From Candidatus Latescibacterota bacterium (GTDB lineage: Bacteria; Latescibacterota; UBA2968; UBA8231): a stretch of 64,000 nt of DNA. A program made the translations under genes and the position numbers. The notes under the pieces are model-generated. The model worked only from the letters and a program-made list of their open reading frames with translations, was not told the origin of the DNA and made no database searches. Location: the NCBI GenBank assembly GCA_965223905.1, contig CBDCXV010000011.1, positions 768,001 to 832,000 on the forward strand, written 5' to 3'. Shown piece after piece: positions 40,276-51,689 of the stretch (within the stretch, counting starts at the first letter, position 1; every line of letters starts with the position of its first letter).

Positions 40276-40896
40276 TCACTGTTTACGGATCGTCACGTAT
40301 CCCTCGGAAGCGCCGGGAACGGCCCCCTTGACGAACAGCAGATTCCGGTCCAGATCGACCCCTACCACGACAAGCCCCCGGGTCGTAACTGCGCGGGCAC
40401 CCATGTGTCCAGGCATTTTCTTTCCCTTCCACACCTTTCCAGGGGTTGTTCCCTGACCGATCGACCCGGGATGGCGAACCCGGTCAGGAGTACCGTGGGA
40501 GCTGTTTTTCCCGGCGAATCCATATCTCTTGACGACGCCTGCAAACCCCTTGCCTTTGGAAGTGCCGCTGACCTTCACCCTGTCCCCTACCTCGAACTGG
40601 CTGACATCGAGTACCTGTCCGACCTCGACGTCGATTGCACCCGCCGACCTGAATTCACGCAGGATTCGCTGAGGGGAGACGTTGGCCCGGGCAAAATGAC
40701 CTGCCTCGGGTTTGTTCACTTTGCGGGGGTCGATTTCTTCGAAACCGAGCTGAACCGCGGTGTAGCCGTTGCGCTCGGTCGTGCGGACATCGACGACGGG
40801 GCAGGGACCTGCCGCAACGACGGTGACGGGAACGAGCTCCTCCTTGTCGTTGTATACCTGGGTCATCCCCAGTTTTTTACCGATCAGCCCAACCAT
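40276..40896 (-). CDS. rplC: 50S ribosomal protein L3, stand-alone
   Basis: GKKLGMTQ, GYTAVQLG, SKGKGFAG, PGSIG, KKMPGHMG. Confidence 0.97.
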   Translation of the reverse strand: MVGLIGKKLGMTQVYNDKEELVPVTVVAAGPCPVVDVRTTERNGYTAVQLGFEEIDPRKVNKPEAGHFARANVSPQRILREFRSAGAIDVEVGQVLDVSQFEVGDRVKVSGTSKGKGFAGVVKRYGFAGKNSSHGTPDRVRHPGSIGQGTTPGKVWKGKKMPGHMGARAVTTRGLVVVGVDLDRNLLFVKGAVPGASEGYVTIRKQ

Positions 40897-41023
40897 GCTC
40901 GTGAGTATCACTTGCGGTTTTTGCGCCCCGCCCAACGAGGTTCGCCGGTTTGCGGTCGGAGTTATGGCCCCTCGCGCCACCCCGTGAGATGCATCTAAGT
41001 TCCTTTCCGGAAACGAATTTCCG

Positions 41024-41052
41024 AAGATACAGGCAGGCTCTAGATTTGGCAA
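41024..41052 (-). promoter_or_regulatory. Putative sigma70 promoter for rplC
   Basis: TTGCCA-N17-TATCTT. Confidence 0.5.
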
Positions 41053-41053
41053 G

Positions 41054-42010
41054 ATGAGCACTCAAGGACACCTGACGGTCATGCGCTCCGGGGCGCTGGG
41101 TGATGCCGTCCTGACACTGCCGGCAACGGTGGCTCTCCGCCGCGGGTTCGGCGATTTGCCGATCCATCTCGTCTTTCCTCGAATGATGGCCGACGTCGCC
41201 GGCTCCGATTTATTTACCGACGTCGGGGGGGCTGCTGTCGCCTCTCTTTTCGATTCCGCTTCGGACATCCCTCACACCACACGCGCAGCCCTCTCCGGCA
41301 GTCGCTTTCTGCTCGCCTATTCCTCGCGCGGCGACGAGCTTGGCAACCGCCTGCAGCAGCTCGTTGCGGGAGATGTCGTCGTCTGGGATCCCCGTCCCCC
41401 GGCAGGCTTTGCACAGCACATCACCCGCCATCTGGACAACCCCCTGAGGGAGTTGGGTATGCCGGTTAACGAGTGGCAGCCGCGCATCCCCGTGCGACCC
41501 GAACACCGCATGCAACTGGAACGGAACCTGAACGCGGACCTGATGGCGGTCTTCCGCCGCCGGGAAGGGGAACTGCTGGTCGCCGTTCACCCGGGCAGCG
41601 GAGGAGTGCACAAGTGCTGGCCGAAACAGAATTTCGCGGGGCTGATAAACGAGTTGCTTCGCGCAGGAGTCCGAGTCGTCGTTCTCCTCGGTCCGGTCGA
41701 AGCCGAGGCGAAAGGGGACGCCGAAAAGCTGGTTTTTCCTGGTGTCTACAACATCTCGCCCGGGACCGTGGGGCAACTAGCAGCAGTGCTCGAGCGCGTA
41801 GACCTGTTCGTCGGCAACGATTCTGGACCGGGGCACGTGGCCGCCGCGGTGGGAACGCCTACGGTATCCCTGTTCGGGCCGACGAATCCGGCAGTCTGGA
41901 GACCGCTGGGGCCAAAAGCCGAGGTACTCGCCTCGGAAAACCAGGATATCGCCTCGATCCCAGTCGCCGTCGTCGTCCACACCGTCCTCCGTGCACTGGA
42001 GGAAATGTGA
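41054..42010 (+). CDS. GT9 LPS heptosyltransferase-family protein
   Basis: GALGDAVL, HPGSG..KCWP, GNDSGPGH, LFGPT. Confidence 0.92.
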   Translation: MSTQGHLTVMRSGALGDAVLTLPATVALRRGFGDLPIHLVFPRMMADVAGSDLFTDVGGAAVASLFDSASDIPHTTRAALSGSRFLLAYSSRGDELGNRLQQLVAGDVVVWDPRPPAGFAQHITRHLDNPLRELGMPVNEWQPRIPVRPEHRMQLERNLNADLMAVFRRREGELLVAVHPGSGGVHKCWPKQNFAGLINELLRAGVRVVVLLGPVEAEAKGDAEKLVFPGVYNISPGTVGQLAAVLERVDLFVGNDSGPGHVAAAVGTPTVSLFGPTNPAVWRPLGPKAEVLASENQDIASIPVAVVVHTVLRALEEM

Positions 42011-42693
42011 TGCGTGGCTGGTTCCGAAAAGACCCGAATAGCAGGTACCCGGAGGGGAACGACGTCGATTTCACCGCGGACCGTGAGCGCATGGTGCAGT
42101 CGCAGCTGGTTGCCAGGGGCATTGGAGACCTCGGTGTGCTTGCTGCTTTCCGACAGGTTCCGCGACATCTGTTCGTCGCCCCGGAATTCCGCACGCGGGC
42201 ATGCGAAGACCACCCTCTGCCGATCGGTTTCGATCAGACAATTTCGCAACCCTTTGTCGTCGCATACATGCTTCAGGCTCTCGCATTGCGAGGGACGGAA
42301 CGCGTCCTGGAAATAGGCACAGGCTGCGGCTATCAGACCGCCTTACTGGCGGAGTTGTCGTCCTACGTGTGCACGATGGAATTCTACCCTGAGTTGTCCG
42401 AGCGCGCCCGCAGAACGCTGGGACAGCTGGCCTACACCAATATCTCCTTTTCCGTGGGCGACGGAACCCGGGGGTGGGCTCACTGTGCCGGGCAGGAATT
42501 CGATGCCATAATCGCTTCGGCCGCCCCCCGGGAGATCCCGCCCAAGCTCTGCGAGCAGCTATTGCCGGGAGGGCGCATGATTCTGCCAATCGGATCGCTG
42601 AAACAGGAACTCGTGCTGGTGCGAAATTCGGGCGATCGGCTCGATCGGGAAACGCTGATACCGGTGCGCTTCGTCCCGATGCAGGAAGAATGA
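42010..42693 (+). CDS. pcm: Protein-L-isoaspartate O-methyltransferase
   Basis: VPRHLFV, QTISQP, LEIGTGCGYQ, VRFVPM. Confidence 0.94.
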   Translation: MRGWFRKDPNSRYPEGNDVDFTADRERMVQSQLVARGIGDLGVLAAFRQVPRHLFVAPEFRTRACEDHPLPIGFDQTISQPFVVAYMLQALALRGTERVLEIGTGCGYQTALLAELSSYVCTMEFYPELSERARRTLGQLAYTNISFSVGDGTRGWAHCAGQEFDAIIASAAPREIPPKLCEQLLPGGRMILPIGSLKQELVLVRNSGDRLDRETLIPVRFVPMQEE

Positions 42694-42712
42694 AACCGCC
42701 CGGGCCCCAGGG

Positions 42713-43237
42713 TCAGTTGACCTCGCGGATGATTTCGATCATCACCTCCGCGGTCCCAGCTGACACTATCTCCAGTTCCAAGGCCGCGGCGAAGGACAGA
42801 TCGAGAACCCTTCCCTCGATGAACGGCCCGCGGTCGTTCACTTTCACGATCACCCTTCTGCCGTTGGTCAGGTGGGTGACCCGGATCATCGTTCCCAGCG
42901 GCAGCACGCGATGAGCGGCGGTCATTTTGTACATGTTGAAGGTCTCGCCGTTCGCCGTCTTGCGGCCGTGGAACTTCTCGCCGTAATAGGAAGCCACTCC
43001 GATCTGGTAAGCGTTCTCCCTGGAGATCTTGGAAACGTCGACCGGGTGGGCGGTCTTTCGCGGCTTCGCGATTCGCCCCCCGCGCCCGGCGGAAGCGGAG
43101 GATGCCGCGATTTCCGAGGGGGTATTCCTGTATATGGGTTGGGGAGTGCAGGCAGTGTGGAACACCCACGTTTGGGTCCACAACAACAGCAGGGAGAACA
43201 GGGTGCTGCGGGATCCCGTCGACCGCGCGCTGGCCAC
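42713..43237 (-). CDS. rlpA: RlpA-family lytic transglycosylase lipoprotein
   Basis: ASYYG, TANGE, TAAHR, VNDRGPF, DLS. Confidence 0.93.
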   Translation of the reverse strand: MASARSTGSRSTLFSLLLLWTQTWVFHTACTPQPIYRNTPSEIAASSASAGRGGRIAKPRKTAHPVDVSKISRENAYQIGVASYYGEKFHGRKTANGETFNMYKMTAAHRVLPLGTMIRVTHLTNGRRVIVKVNDRGPFIEGRVLDLSFAAALELEIVSAGTAEVMIEIIREVN

Positions 43238-43259
43238 CGTGGCTACGTCCCGTCTAGAG

Positions 43260-44171
43260 CTACGTCTTCAGAGTACCAACGATCGCGTTGATGTCGTCGA
43301 TGCCGTTCTTTTCGCAGTGTGCGCGCATGCCGTCGACGACAGCAAGGGCGGCATCCGGGATAACGAACGTCGCGGTGCCCACCTGCACACAGGTGGCTCC
43401 TGCGATCATGAACTCGATTGCGTCCGTCGCCGTGGATATTCCCCCTGTTCCGATCAGCGGCACGGCGACCGCGTTCCGTACCTTCCATGTCATTGCCAGC
43501 GCCACCGGCTTGATCGCAGGACCCGAGAGGCCGCCGGTGACATTGGCCAGAAACGGCCGCCTCTCCCGGACATCGACGGCCATACCCACCAGGGTGTTTA
43601 TCAGCGAAATGGCGTCCGCCCCGGCCCCTTCCACCGCCTTGGCGATCTCGCCGATGTCCGTGACGTTGGGCGTGAGTTTGGCGATTACCGGCAGCTTCGT
43701 AGCCCCCTTGACTGCAGCGATGACCTCTGCCGACGCCTCCGGCCGGCAGCCGAACAGCATTCCCCCGTCGCGCATGTTGGGGGAGGAAATGTTCACTTCC
43801 AGAGCCGCGATACCGTCGAGAGCATCCAGCGCCGCGGCCATCTCGCTATGCAGCTCTGCCGTAGGGGCGGCGATGTTGACGACGACCTCGGTGTCCAACT
43901 CCCGCAGGTAGGGCCACTTGTCGGCGATGAAACCCTGAAGGCCCGGATTCTGCAACCCGATCGAGTTAAGCATCCCTGCGGGGGTTTCCACAATTCTGGG
44001 AGGGGGATTTCCGGATCGTGGCTCTGGGGTGATCGTCTTGGTCACCAAGCCCCCTATCCGTCCCAGGTCGAAGAATGGTTCGAGCTCTTCGCCATACCCG
44101 CACGTCCCTGACGCCAGGAGCACCGGGTTTCGCAGTTCGATCCCCGCGAACCTCGCAGCCAGCTCAACCAT
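43260..44171 (-). CDS. pyrD: Dihydroorotate dehydrogenase 1B catalytic subunit
   Basis: ASGTCG, MLNSIGLQNPG, KLTPN, GGLSGPAIKP. Confidence 0.95.
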   Translation of the reverse strand: MVELAARFAGIELRNPVLLASGTCGYGEELEPFFDLGRIGGLVTKTITPEPRSGNPPPRIVETPAGMLNSIGLQNPGLQGFIADKWPYLRELDTEVVVNIAAPTAELHSEMAAALDALDGIAALEVNISSPNMRDGGMLFGCRPEASAEVIAAVKGATKLPVIAKLTPNVTDIGEIAKAVEGAGADAISLINTLVGMAVDVRERRPFLANVTGGLSGPAIKPVALAMTWKVRNAVAVPLIGTGGISTATDAIEFMIAGATCVQVGTATFVIPDAALAVVDGMRAHCEKNGIDDINAIVGTLKT

Positions 44172-44242
44172 TGCCACCCGGGCCTTTCCTGTCGCACCGA
44201 TCCCTGTGGGCGCGATTCCTGTTCGCGGGAAAGGCAGCGGCA

Positions 44243-45064
44243 CTACGGAAGCGGGTGCACATCTTCCCAGGCGATCTCGCGGGCATCGTACACCGGACCG
44301 TCGGCGCAGACGCGGCTGTAGCGATGGTAAGGGGAGTCGGTTGCAACCCGGGGAACGACGCAGCCGACGCAGACTCCGAACCCGCAGGCCATGTATTCCT
44401 CGAGCGACGCGAAACAGGCAATGCCGCGAGCCCGGCAGATCCCCGCCACCGCGGCCATCATCGCCGATGGTCCACAGGTGTAGACCGTAACCGCGGATAG
44501 GGCGTCGAGCTCCTCGACCAGCAGATCGGTTGCAACTCCCCTCTGCCCGGCGCTGCCGTCGTCGGTCGCGATCCGGTGTTCGGAAGCGGCCGCGGACAGG
44601 AGCTCTTCCGGCAGCAGTTTCGCCGCCTCCCGAGCACCCACAAGAAGCCGCACATGGTGCCGTGCACGCAGGCGTTCACCCAGGAACAGCAATGGAGGAA
44701 CCCCGATACCTCCCCCTACCATAACCGCGGTCGCTGGCGGATCCGGGAAACCAATCCCCAGCGGTCCAAGGCAGCGCAAATGCTCCCCCTCGCGGGCGCG
44801 ACTCAGCAGGGAGGTTTTGGGGCCCATGTCTTCGAACAGAACCTCGATCGTTCCTTTCCGCAAATCCGCGGCGCTGACACTGAGGGGCACCCTCAACAAC
44901 GGCGCCATCCCCCCGCTACCCACCTGCAGCTGGACAAACTGGCCGGGGATAACTCTTTCCGCCACCGCAGAATGGTAAAGGCGGAGGCGGTAGAAATCGG
45001 CGGCCACCTCTTCGTTCGACTCCACCAGTACCTCGAAATCGGAGGGAGACGTGTAATCGCTCAT
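44243..45064 (-). CDS. pyrK: Dihydroorotate dehydrogenase electron transfer subunit
   Basis: PGQF, GGGIG, CGP, MACGFGVCVGC...VCADGPV. Confidence 0.93.
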   Translation of the reverse strand: MSDYTSPSDFEVLVESNEEVAADFYRLRLYHSAVAERVIPGQFVQLQVGSGGMAPLLRVPLSVSAADLRKGTIEVLFEDMGPKTSLLSRAREGEHLRCLGPLGIGFPDPPATAVMVGGGIGVPPLLFLGERLRARHHVRLLVGAREAAKLLPEELLSAAASEHRIATDDGSAGQRGVATDLLVEELDALSAVTVYTCGPSAMMAAVAGICRARGIACFASLEEYMACGFGVCVGCVVPRVATDSPYHRYSRVCADGPVYDAREIAWEDVHPLP

Positions 45065-48000
45065 TCGGTCTCCTGTTGTCCGCTTCCGGAGTCCGTCGCC
45101 TGCCGCTGGACCGGAGGAGGTACGGTTGCGACAGGCACCCCGTCATTCGCCGCCACCGTTTCGGGGAGTATCGAGTCGGCTCCACCCGCAACGGACTCCG
45201 AGGTGGGCCGAGGATCGGTCCCGCGGCTGGGGTAAAACGGAATCGCAATCTCCACCCACACCTCCGCCTTTTCCCCGTCCAAGTCTATCGCGGGAAAAAA
45301 GACGTACTGGCGAGCTGTCTCGAGGGCTTCGGGAACCAGCGACTCGTCCCCGACAAAGGCCTCGACAACGGCTGGTTTCCCCTCGACCGTGACGAGGATA
45401 TCGACGATGACCTCAGCCGAATCCACTTCGGCACCAGCCGGCAGAACCGGCAGACTGCTTTTGCGGACCACCGCCTCCTCGCGCAGGGGAAGCAGCGACC
45501 TGGGCGGAGCGTAAAGATCTTCAGGCGGGGGAAGGGGCAGGTCGATCTCTTCCAGGGTCGACATGTCGAGATCCTCGGATTCCAAGGTGGGGAACTCGTC
45601 CCTCAAGGAGATGACGGCAGGATTGTCCCGGTCCTTGCGGAGGATCTCGCGCAGATAGTGGTTGGAGGAATCGGCGCGGCCTTCCCGGGTGTGAACGGCG
45701 AACAGGCGGTAATAGACGCCGACCAGGTTCCCGCGCATCCTCAAGGAGTCGTGAAAGTAGTCGAGGGCGTCGTCGAAGTAGGCCCCTTCCCATGCTATTT
45801 CCCCCAGTCCGAACAGGGCTTCCGGACTCCGCTGCTTCTCCTGGAGACAGAGTTCGTAATACTCCCGCGCCGTTTCCAGGACTCCGCGGCGATGAGCGCG
45901 CAACGCAAAACCGAGATACTTGCGGGCAAGCAGCACTGAATCGGCCGTGTCCGGCTCGACGGCGATCGTCGTTACCTTCTCACCCGGCTTTTCCCCCCCA
46001 CGAAGCGTAATGAATTCCCGCTCCAGCTTGTCCAGCAGCCCCTCGGCACGCGCCTCCCCGCGCTCGAGCGCGTGCGTGGCCAGGAGGGTGCCTGGGAACT
46101 CCTCTGCTATTCGCGCGTACCTGTCCTCAGCCGCTGTGGTGTCCCCGGCGACGTTCTCATAGGTCCAGGCGGTCAGCCACAGCGCCCTGGCCCCGGACTC
46201 GGTTGCCGGATACTCCGCGATCAGCCGGTCGAACTCCGGCATGTAGCGATCCAGGGAGTCGATGTCCTCCAGACGGATCTTCTCGATGCGTTCGTACTCC
46301 TCCAGGGCGCGCTGTTCCGCGGTGACGTCCCTTACGTGGCCGAGCAGTTCCCTCGCCGCATTGGCGTGTTCCGTCAGCGGGAAATCCTGGACCAGTCGCT
46401 GCAGCCAAGAGGCCGCAGACTCCTCGTCCCCTTTCATTTCGGTATGGATCCAGGCGATGCTGTAGAGGGCCCTGGGAACCTGGTGCGATTCCGGGAAACG
46501 CCGCTTGAATTCGAGATAGAAGTGGATGGCCGAGTCCGGCATTGCGAGGCGGTCCCGGTAGATCTCGGCGACCGCCAGGATGGTCTCGTCCAGTTTTTTC
46601 CTGGGATCCTCCCATTTCTTACGTCTGCCTGCGGATGAGGTCCGCGATCCTGCCTCCCCGTCCTCCCCGTTTCGGACGCCGGACGCCGCGGGCACCTCCG
46701 TCATCCCGATACCGGCCAAGGCTTCGTCGACCTCGTTCCCGGAGTGGGTCGTGTCCGTCGAAGCGGTGGCGTCGGCAGCCACAGCAGCGCTGTCCGCCGG
46801 GATCACCCCTGGCATCTCGATACCAGGGAAGGCCTGGTCGACCTTCCTGCCGGAGATGGCCGTGTCCGCCGGGGCGGTGGCGACATCGGCCAGTTCCGCG
46901 CTGTCCGCCGGGGGCACCGCGGTCATCTCGATACCAGGTAAGATCTGGTTGACCTCCTTGTCGAAGATGGCAGTTTCCGCTTGCCCAGGTGCATCCCCGG
47001 CCACTGCCGCACTGTCGGATTCAGCGGCCAGGGCCAGCGCCAGGGTCGCGGAATCGGCAGCTGCTGCCTCTGCGGCATCCAGGGAATCCGCCACATGGAT
47101 CTTGCGCAGCAGCTTTTCCGCCTCCTTCAGGTCGGACAGGGTTTCCTTCGCGAGCTGAGCCGCCTCGGAATTCCTCTTCTCCGCCGACACGGTCTCGAGG
47201 TATTCCCGCGCCAGGACGCGGTCGGCGTTGCGGCTCAGATAGATGAGAGAGGTGCGGTAAATCGCCATCGCCGAGGCGTCGGTCTGGGGAAAATCATCGC
47301 GGATCCGGGTGAATTCCTCCAGGGCTTTTTCCGGCAGACCCTGGTCTTCGTAGTACTGACCGATCAGCAGTCGGGTCCGGCCTTCGAAGGGCCGGAAGCT
47401 CCCGTCCTTCAGCAGTTGCCAGTACGTATCCCTGGCCTTTTCGACCTCTCCCATCTGGTACAGCAGCCTCCCCTGCTCCAGGCGCGCTCTGTACTCGGTC
47501 CGTTTCGTTGGGGATTCGCGCAACACCTCCGCGAACGCCTCGGCGGCCGTGGCGAACAGCGAGGAATCCTCCAGTGCGACCGCGGCCTCACCGAGCCGGA
47601 GCCAGAGTTCGGCGCGGTTCTCCGCTTTCGGAAAGCTCTCCAGAGTCGACCTGTATTCTTGGATCGCGGAGGCATACTCCTCCTGCTCGAATGCCATCTC
47701 GCCGAGACGGTACCCGGCGAGGGCGGATATTTCGGCGTCCGTGGCCGCGCTGAAAAGGGCGCGATACAGGCTTCGGGCTTCGGCGAAGTCGCCCTGGCCC
47801 TCGAAACAGAGCCCGCGCCAGTACCGGGCACGGGTGAAGTACTCGCTTTCGGGGAAGTTGGTCTCGAGATCCCTGAACGACCTCGCGGCATCGCGGTAGT
47901 CACCTTGCCAGTAGAACGCCCTTCCCAGCAGGAACATGGCGTCGTCTACGAGATCGCTGTCGCGATGCTTCTCAAGCACCTTGGAGGCCTTGCGAGCCGC

Positions 48001-48255
48001 CTGTTCGTACAGGTCGTTCGGGGCCTTCCCGCCTCGACTACGCTGTTGGCTTCTGTAAGGCCGGGCTCGACGGTCCTCCCGGTCTGTCCTCTCCGGCTGC
48101 TGCTGTTCGATTGCCTTCCTCGCCTTTTCCGCCTGCCGGAAATACCTCTGGGCATTGTAATAGGTATTGAAATAGACGCAGCCACCCAGCACGGATGCGC
48201 AGAAGAAGAGCAGCGCAGCCGGAGTCGCGGGAGAAATTCGCAAGGGGGCAATCAC
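45061..48255 (-). CDS. Large TPR lipoprotein with 3x37-aa repeats and a TonB-C-like C-terminal domain
   Basis: Lipobox LGGC, many TPR helices ending in FP/YP, C-terminal V-D-I-L-V-x-x-x-G...[13 protein letters not shown]. Confidence 0.8.
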   Translation of the reverse strand: MIAPLRISPATPAALLFFCASVLGGCVYFNTYYNAQRYFRQAEKARKAIEQQQPERTDREDRRARPYRSQQRSRGGKAPNDLYEQAARKASKVLEKHRDSDLVDDAMFLLGRAFYWQGDYRDAARSFRDLETNFPESEYFTRARYWRGLCFEGQGDFAEARSLYRALFSAATDAEISALAGYRLGEMAFEQEEYASAIQEYRSTLESFPKAENRAELWLRLGEAAVALEDSSLFATAAEAFAEVLRESPTKRTEYRARLEQGRLLYQMGEVEKARDTYWQLLKDGSFRPFEGRTRLLIGQYYEDQGLPEKALEEFTRIRDDFPQTDASAMAIYRTSLIYLSRNADRVLAREYLETVSAEKRNSEAAQLAKETLSDLKEAEKLLRKIHVADSLDAAEAAAADSATLALALAAESDSAAVAGDAPGQAETAIFDKEVNQILPGIEMTAVPPADSAELADVATAPADTAISGRKVDQAFPGIEMPGVIPADSAAVAADATASTDTTHSGNEVDEALAGIGMTEVPAASGVRNGEDGEAGSRTSSAGRRKKWEDPRKKLDETILAVAEIYRDRLAMPDSAIHFYLEFKRRFPESHQVPRALYSIAWIHTEMKGDEESAASWLQRLVQDFPLTEHANAARELLGHVRDVTAEQRALEEYERIEKIRLEDIDSLDRYMPEFDRLIAEYPATESGARALWLTAWTYENVAGDTTAAEDRYARIAEEFPGTLLATHALERGEARAEGLLDKLEREFITLRGGEKPGEKVTTIAVEPDTADSVLLARKYLGFALRAHRRGVLETAREYYELCLQEKQRSPEALFGLGEIAWEGAYFDDALDYFHDSLRMRGNLVGVYYRLFAVHTREGRADSSNHYLREILRKDRDNPAVISLRDEFPTLESEDLDMSTLEEIDLPLPPPEDLYAPPRSLLPLREEAVVRKSSLPVLPAGAEVDSAEVIVDILVTVEGKPAVVEAFVGDESLVPEALETARQYVFFPAIDLDGEKAEVWVEIAIPFYPSRGTDPRPTSESVAGGADSILPETVAANDGVPVATVPPPVQRQATDSGSGQQETE

Positions 48256-51200
48256 CTGTCGGCGGGGGCGTGATAGTCCTGTAGTGCCCGCACCTTCAGC
48301 GGTGTGCGCTGCAGCGCCTCGATACCGGCAGCGGCGGCGCGGGCACCCGCAAGGGTCGTTGTGTACGGTATCGAGTGCATGATCGCAGCCCGCCGCACGG
48401 CGTGATCGTCGTACTGCGACTGCTCGTCAAGGGGAGTGTTCACCACCAGTTCGATGGCGTTGCTGCGGATCGCATCCACCACATGGGGCCGGCCCTCGTG
48501 GACCTTCAGGATCATCTCCGCGTCCACCCCCTGGGCGCGCAGAAACTCGCAGGTTCCGCGCGTCGCCAGCAGCTGGAACCCGGCCTCCTGGAGCCGGCGG
48601 GCAATCGGCAGAACCTCGAGTTTGTCGCGGTCGTTGACGCTTATGAAGACGCGGCCTGCCCGGGGCAGCATGGAGCCTGCCCCCATCTGGGCCTTGAGAA
48701 AGGCCTCCCCGAAATCGTTGCCGATACCCATTACTTCACCGGTCGATTTCATCTCCGGCCCCAGGAGGCCGTCGGCGCCGGGGAACTTGCTGAACGGCAG
48801 CACCGCCTCCTTGACCGATATGTGAGCGGGAGTGATGTCAGAGGTGATCCCCTGCTCACGGAGACTGCGCCCAGCCATCACCCTGGCGGCAATCTTGGCC
48901 AGTGGTTTTCCCGTCGCCTTGCTGACGAACGGCACCGTGCGCGATGCCCGCGGGTTCACTTCGAGGACGTAGACCCGCTCGTCGCAGATCGCGTACTGGA
49001 CGTTCATCAGACCGACCACGTTGAGGGCAAGCGCCAGCTTCGTCGTGTAGCGGCGCAGCAGTTCGAGGTTCTCGTCTGCGATTTGATAGGGAGGCAACAC
49101 GCAGGCGCTGTCCCCGGAGTGCACACCGGCGTGCTCGATATGTTGCATGATCCCGGCGACGAGAACCTCCTGTCCGTCGGCGACCGCATCGACGTCGAAT
49201 TCCTGAGCCCCTTCGAGGAAGCGGTCGATCAGGACAGGGTGCTGAGGAGATACAGAGATCGCCGATTCCATGTAGGTCTCGAGCCGGCTCTCGTCGTAGA
49301 CGGTTACCATGGCGCGCCCCCCGAGCACGTACGACGGCCGCACAAGCACAGGGTAGCCGATGCGCTCGGCGACGTCGCGCGCTTCCTCGAGGCTTCTCGC
49401 TATGCCGTTCTCAGGCTGCCGGATGTCGAGACGGCGCAGCAGGTTACCGAAATGCTCGCGGTCCTCGGCGCGATCGATGCTCTGCGGGGAGGTCCCGAGA
49501 ATCGGAACCCCTGCGGCTTCGAGATCCAGGGCGAGGTTCAGGGGCGTCTGACCTCCGAACTGGACGATGACCCCGAACGGCCGCTCCCGTTCGACGACAG
49601 CAAGGACGTCCTCGACGGTAAGCGGCTCGAAGTAGAGCTTGTCGGCGGTGTCGTAGTCGGTACTCACCGTCTCGGGGTTGCTGTTGATCATGATGGTCTC
49701 GTAGCCGTCTTCCGCGAGGGCGAAACAGGCGTGAACGCAGCAGTAGTCGAACTCGATACCCTGCCCGATGCGGTTCGGTCCCCCGCCGAGGATGACGATC
49801 TTTTCGCGGTCCGAACGCCTGGACTCGTTCTCCCTTTCGTAGGTCGAGTAGTGGTAGGGTGTATAGGCCTCGAACTCGGCGGCGCAGGTATCGACGGTTT
49901 TGAATACCGCCTCTACACCTTGTTCCCGGCGTTTCTTGCGCACGGTCCCCTCGTCGCATCCCTGCAAGTAGGCGAGCTGAGCGTCGCTGAATCCAAACCC
50001 CTTGGCGCGCCGCAACAGGGCGGCGTCGTCGAGTATCGGGCGTTCGCGGACAGCACACTCGACTTCGAAGATTTCGTAGAGGCGATCGAGAAACCACATG
50101 TCGATGCGGGTCAGCCTGTGGATCTCCTCGAGCGAGAACCCCTTGGCGACGGCGACCTTGATATGGAACAGCCGCTGGGAGCTCGGGTTGACGAGCCGCT
50201 CCCGGACTTCCTGATCGGAAACCTTCAACGGGTCGAAGTCCTTGCCGTCCCCGCCCCAGCCGGAGCGGCCGATTTCCAGGCTGCGGAGCCCCTTCTGCAG
50301 CGACTCGTGGAACGTCCTGCCGACGGCCATGGTTTCTCCCACCGACCTCATCTGGGTGTCGAGGGCGTCGGGAGTCTGCGGAAACTTCTCGAAAGCCCAG
50401 CGCGGGATCTTGGTGACAACGTAGTCTATGGTGGGCTCGAAAGAGGCTGGGGTTTCCCGTGTTATGTCGTTGGTGATCTCGTCGAGGGTGTATCCTACCG
50501 CCAGCTTTGCGGCGATCTTCGCGATGGGGAAGCCCGTCGCCTTGGAAGCGAGGGCCGAGCTGCGCGATACACGAGGGTTCATCTCTATTACAACCATGCG
50601 CCCGGTGTCCGGTTCCACGGCGAACTGAATGTTCGATCCCCCGGTGTCGACGCCGATGCGCCGAATCACCCGGATCGCGGCGTCGCGCATCTCCTGGTAC
50701 TGCTTGTCGGACAGGGTCTGGGCAGGGGCCACGGTGATGCTGTCGCCGGTGTGCACCCCCATCGGATCGAAGTTCTCGATCGAACAGATGATGACGACGT
50801 TGTCGTTGAGGTCGCGCATCACCTCGAGCTCGTATTCTTTCCACCCCAGTACCGACATCTCGATCAATACTTCCCCGATCGGACTCAGATCGAGTCCGTG
50901 GCTGACGATGCGTTCGAACTCCTCGCCGTTGTAGGCGATGCCGCCACCGGATCCCCCGAGCGTGAAGGAAGGGCGAACGATCGTCGGATAGCCGAGCTCC
51001 CGCTGTCCTTCCACCGCATCTTCGAGTGAATGCACGAAGTGGCCGGCCGGCATTTCCAGCTCGGCCTCATCCATTGCCCGCTTGAAAAGCTCGCGATCCT
51101 CGGCGGTGCGGATCGCCTCGAGGCGCGCGCCGACCAGTTCCACCCCGAAGCGTTCGAGAACTCCACGCTCCCCGAGTTCCACCGCGGTGTTCAACGCCGT

Positions 51201-51479
51201 CTGGCCTCCCACCGTCGGCAGCAGCGCCTGGGGCCTTTCAGCCTCGATGATCGCCTCGCACACCTCCGCGGTTATCGGTTCAATGTAAGTGCGGTCGGCG
51301 AACTCGGGGTCGGTCATGATAGTCGCCGGGTTGCTGTTGACGAGGACGATCTCGTACCCCTCTTCGCGCAGCGCCTTGCAGGCCTGGGTACCCGAATAAT
51401 CGAACTCGCATGCCTGACCGATGACGATCGGACCGGAGCCGATAAGCATTATTTTGTCGATATCAGTACGCTTGGGCAT
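48252..51479 (-). CDS. carB: Carbamoyl-phosphate synthase large subunit
   Basis: [25 protein letters not shown], duplicated ATP-grasp, MGS domain. Confidence 0.99.
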   Translation of the reverse strand: MPKRTDIDKIMLIGSGPIVIGQACEFDYSGTQACKALREEGYEIVLVNSNPATIMTDPEFADRTYIEPITAEVCEAIIEAERPQALLPTVGGQTALNTAVELGERGVLERFGVELVGARLEAIRTAEDRELFKRAMDEAELEMPAGHFVHSLEDAVEGQRELGYPTIVRPSFTLGGSGGGIAYNGEEFERIVSHGLDLSPIGEVLIEMSVLGWKEYELEVMRDLNDNVVIICSIENFDPMGVHTGDSITVAPAQTLSDKQYQEMRDAAIRVIRRIGVDTGGSNIQFAVEPDTGRMVVIEMNPRVSRSSALASKATGFPIAKIAAKLAVGYTLDEITNDITRETPASFEPTIDYVVTKIPRWAFEKFPQTPDALDTQMRSVGETMAVGRTFHESLQKGLRSLEIGRSGWGGDGKDFDPLKVSDQEVRERLVNPSSQRLFHIKVAVAKGFSLEEIHRLTRIDMWFLDRLYEIFEVECAVRERPILDDAALLRRAKGFGFSDAQLAYLQGCDEGTVRKKRREQGVEAVFKTVDTCAAEFEAYTPYHYSTYERENESRRSDREKIVILGGGPNRIGQGIEFDYCCVHACFALAEDGYETIMINSNPETVSTDYDTADKLYFEPLTVEDVLAVVERERPFGVIVQFGGQTPLNLALDLEAAGVPILGTSPQSIDRAEDREHFGNLLRRLDIRQPENGIARSLEEARDVAERIGYPVLVRPSYVLGGRAMVTVYDESRLETYMESAISVSPQHPVLIDRFLEGAQEFDVDAVADGQEVLVAGIMQHIEHAGVHSGDSACVLPPYQIADENLELLRRYTTKLALALNVVGLMNVQYAICDERVYVLEVNPRASRTVPFVSKATGKPLAKIAARVMAGRSLREQGITSDITPAHISVKEAVLPFSKFPGADGLLGPEMKSTGEVMGIGNDFGEAFLKAQMGAGSMLPRAGRVFISVNDRDKLEVLPIARRLQEAGFQLLATRGTCEFLRAQGVDAEMILKVHEGRPHVVDAIRSNAIELVVNTPLDEQSQYDDHAVRRAAIMHSIPYTTTLAGARAAAAGIEALQRTPLKVRALQDYHAPADR

Positions 51480-51689
51480 ACCTTGGCAGCTGGGAATGGA
51501 CGGTTGCCGCGTCCTGCCCCCGAAATACCACATTGCAGAGCATCGGTGCGGTCTCTGCGGAGGGATGCAGGGTCAGTGAACGGGGAAATTCGGCGAAAAA
51601 CGGGGAGTGTTTGCCGGCGCGGCGCCAGTCGCCCTCGGAAAATCTCCCTGTTGCTGTCACATCGGGGGGCAGGCGGGTATCGAAAACGT

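Noticed and set aside
48375-51029. 884-aa ORF on + (and similar long ORFs opposite rpoB, rpoC, nnr and the reductase)
   Set aside because: Antisense shadows of real genes, caused by high-GC codon bias
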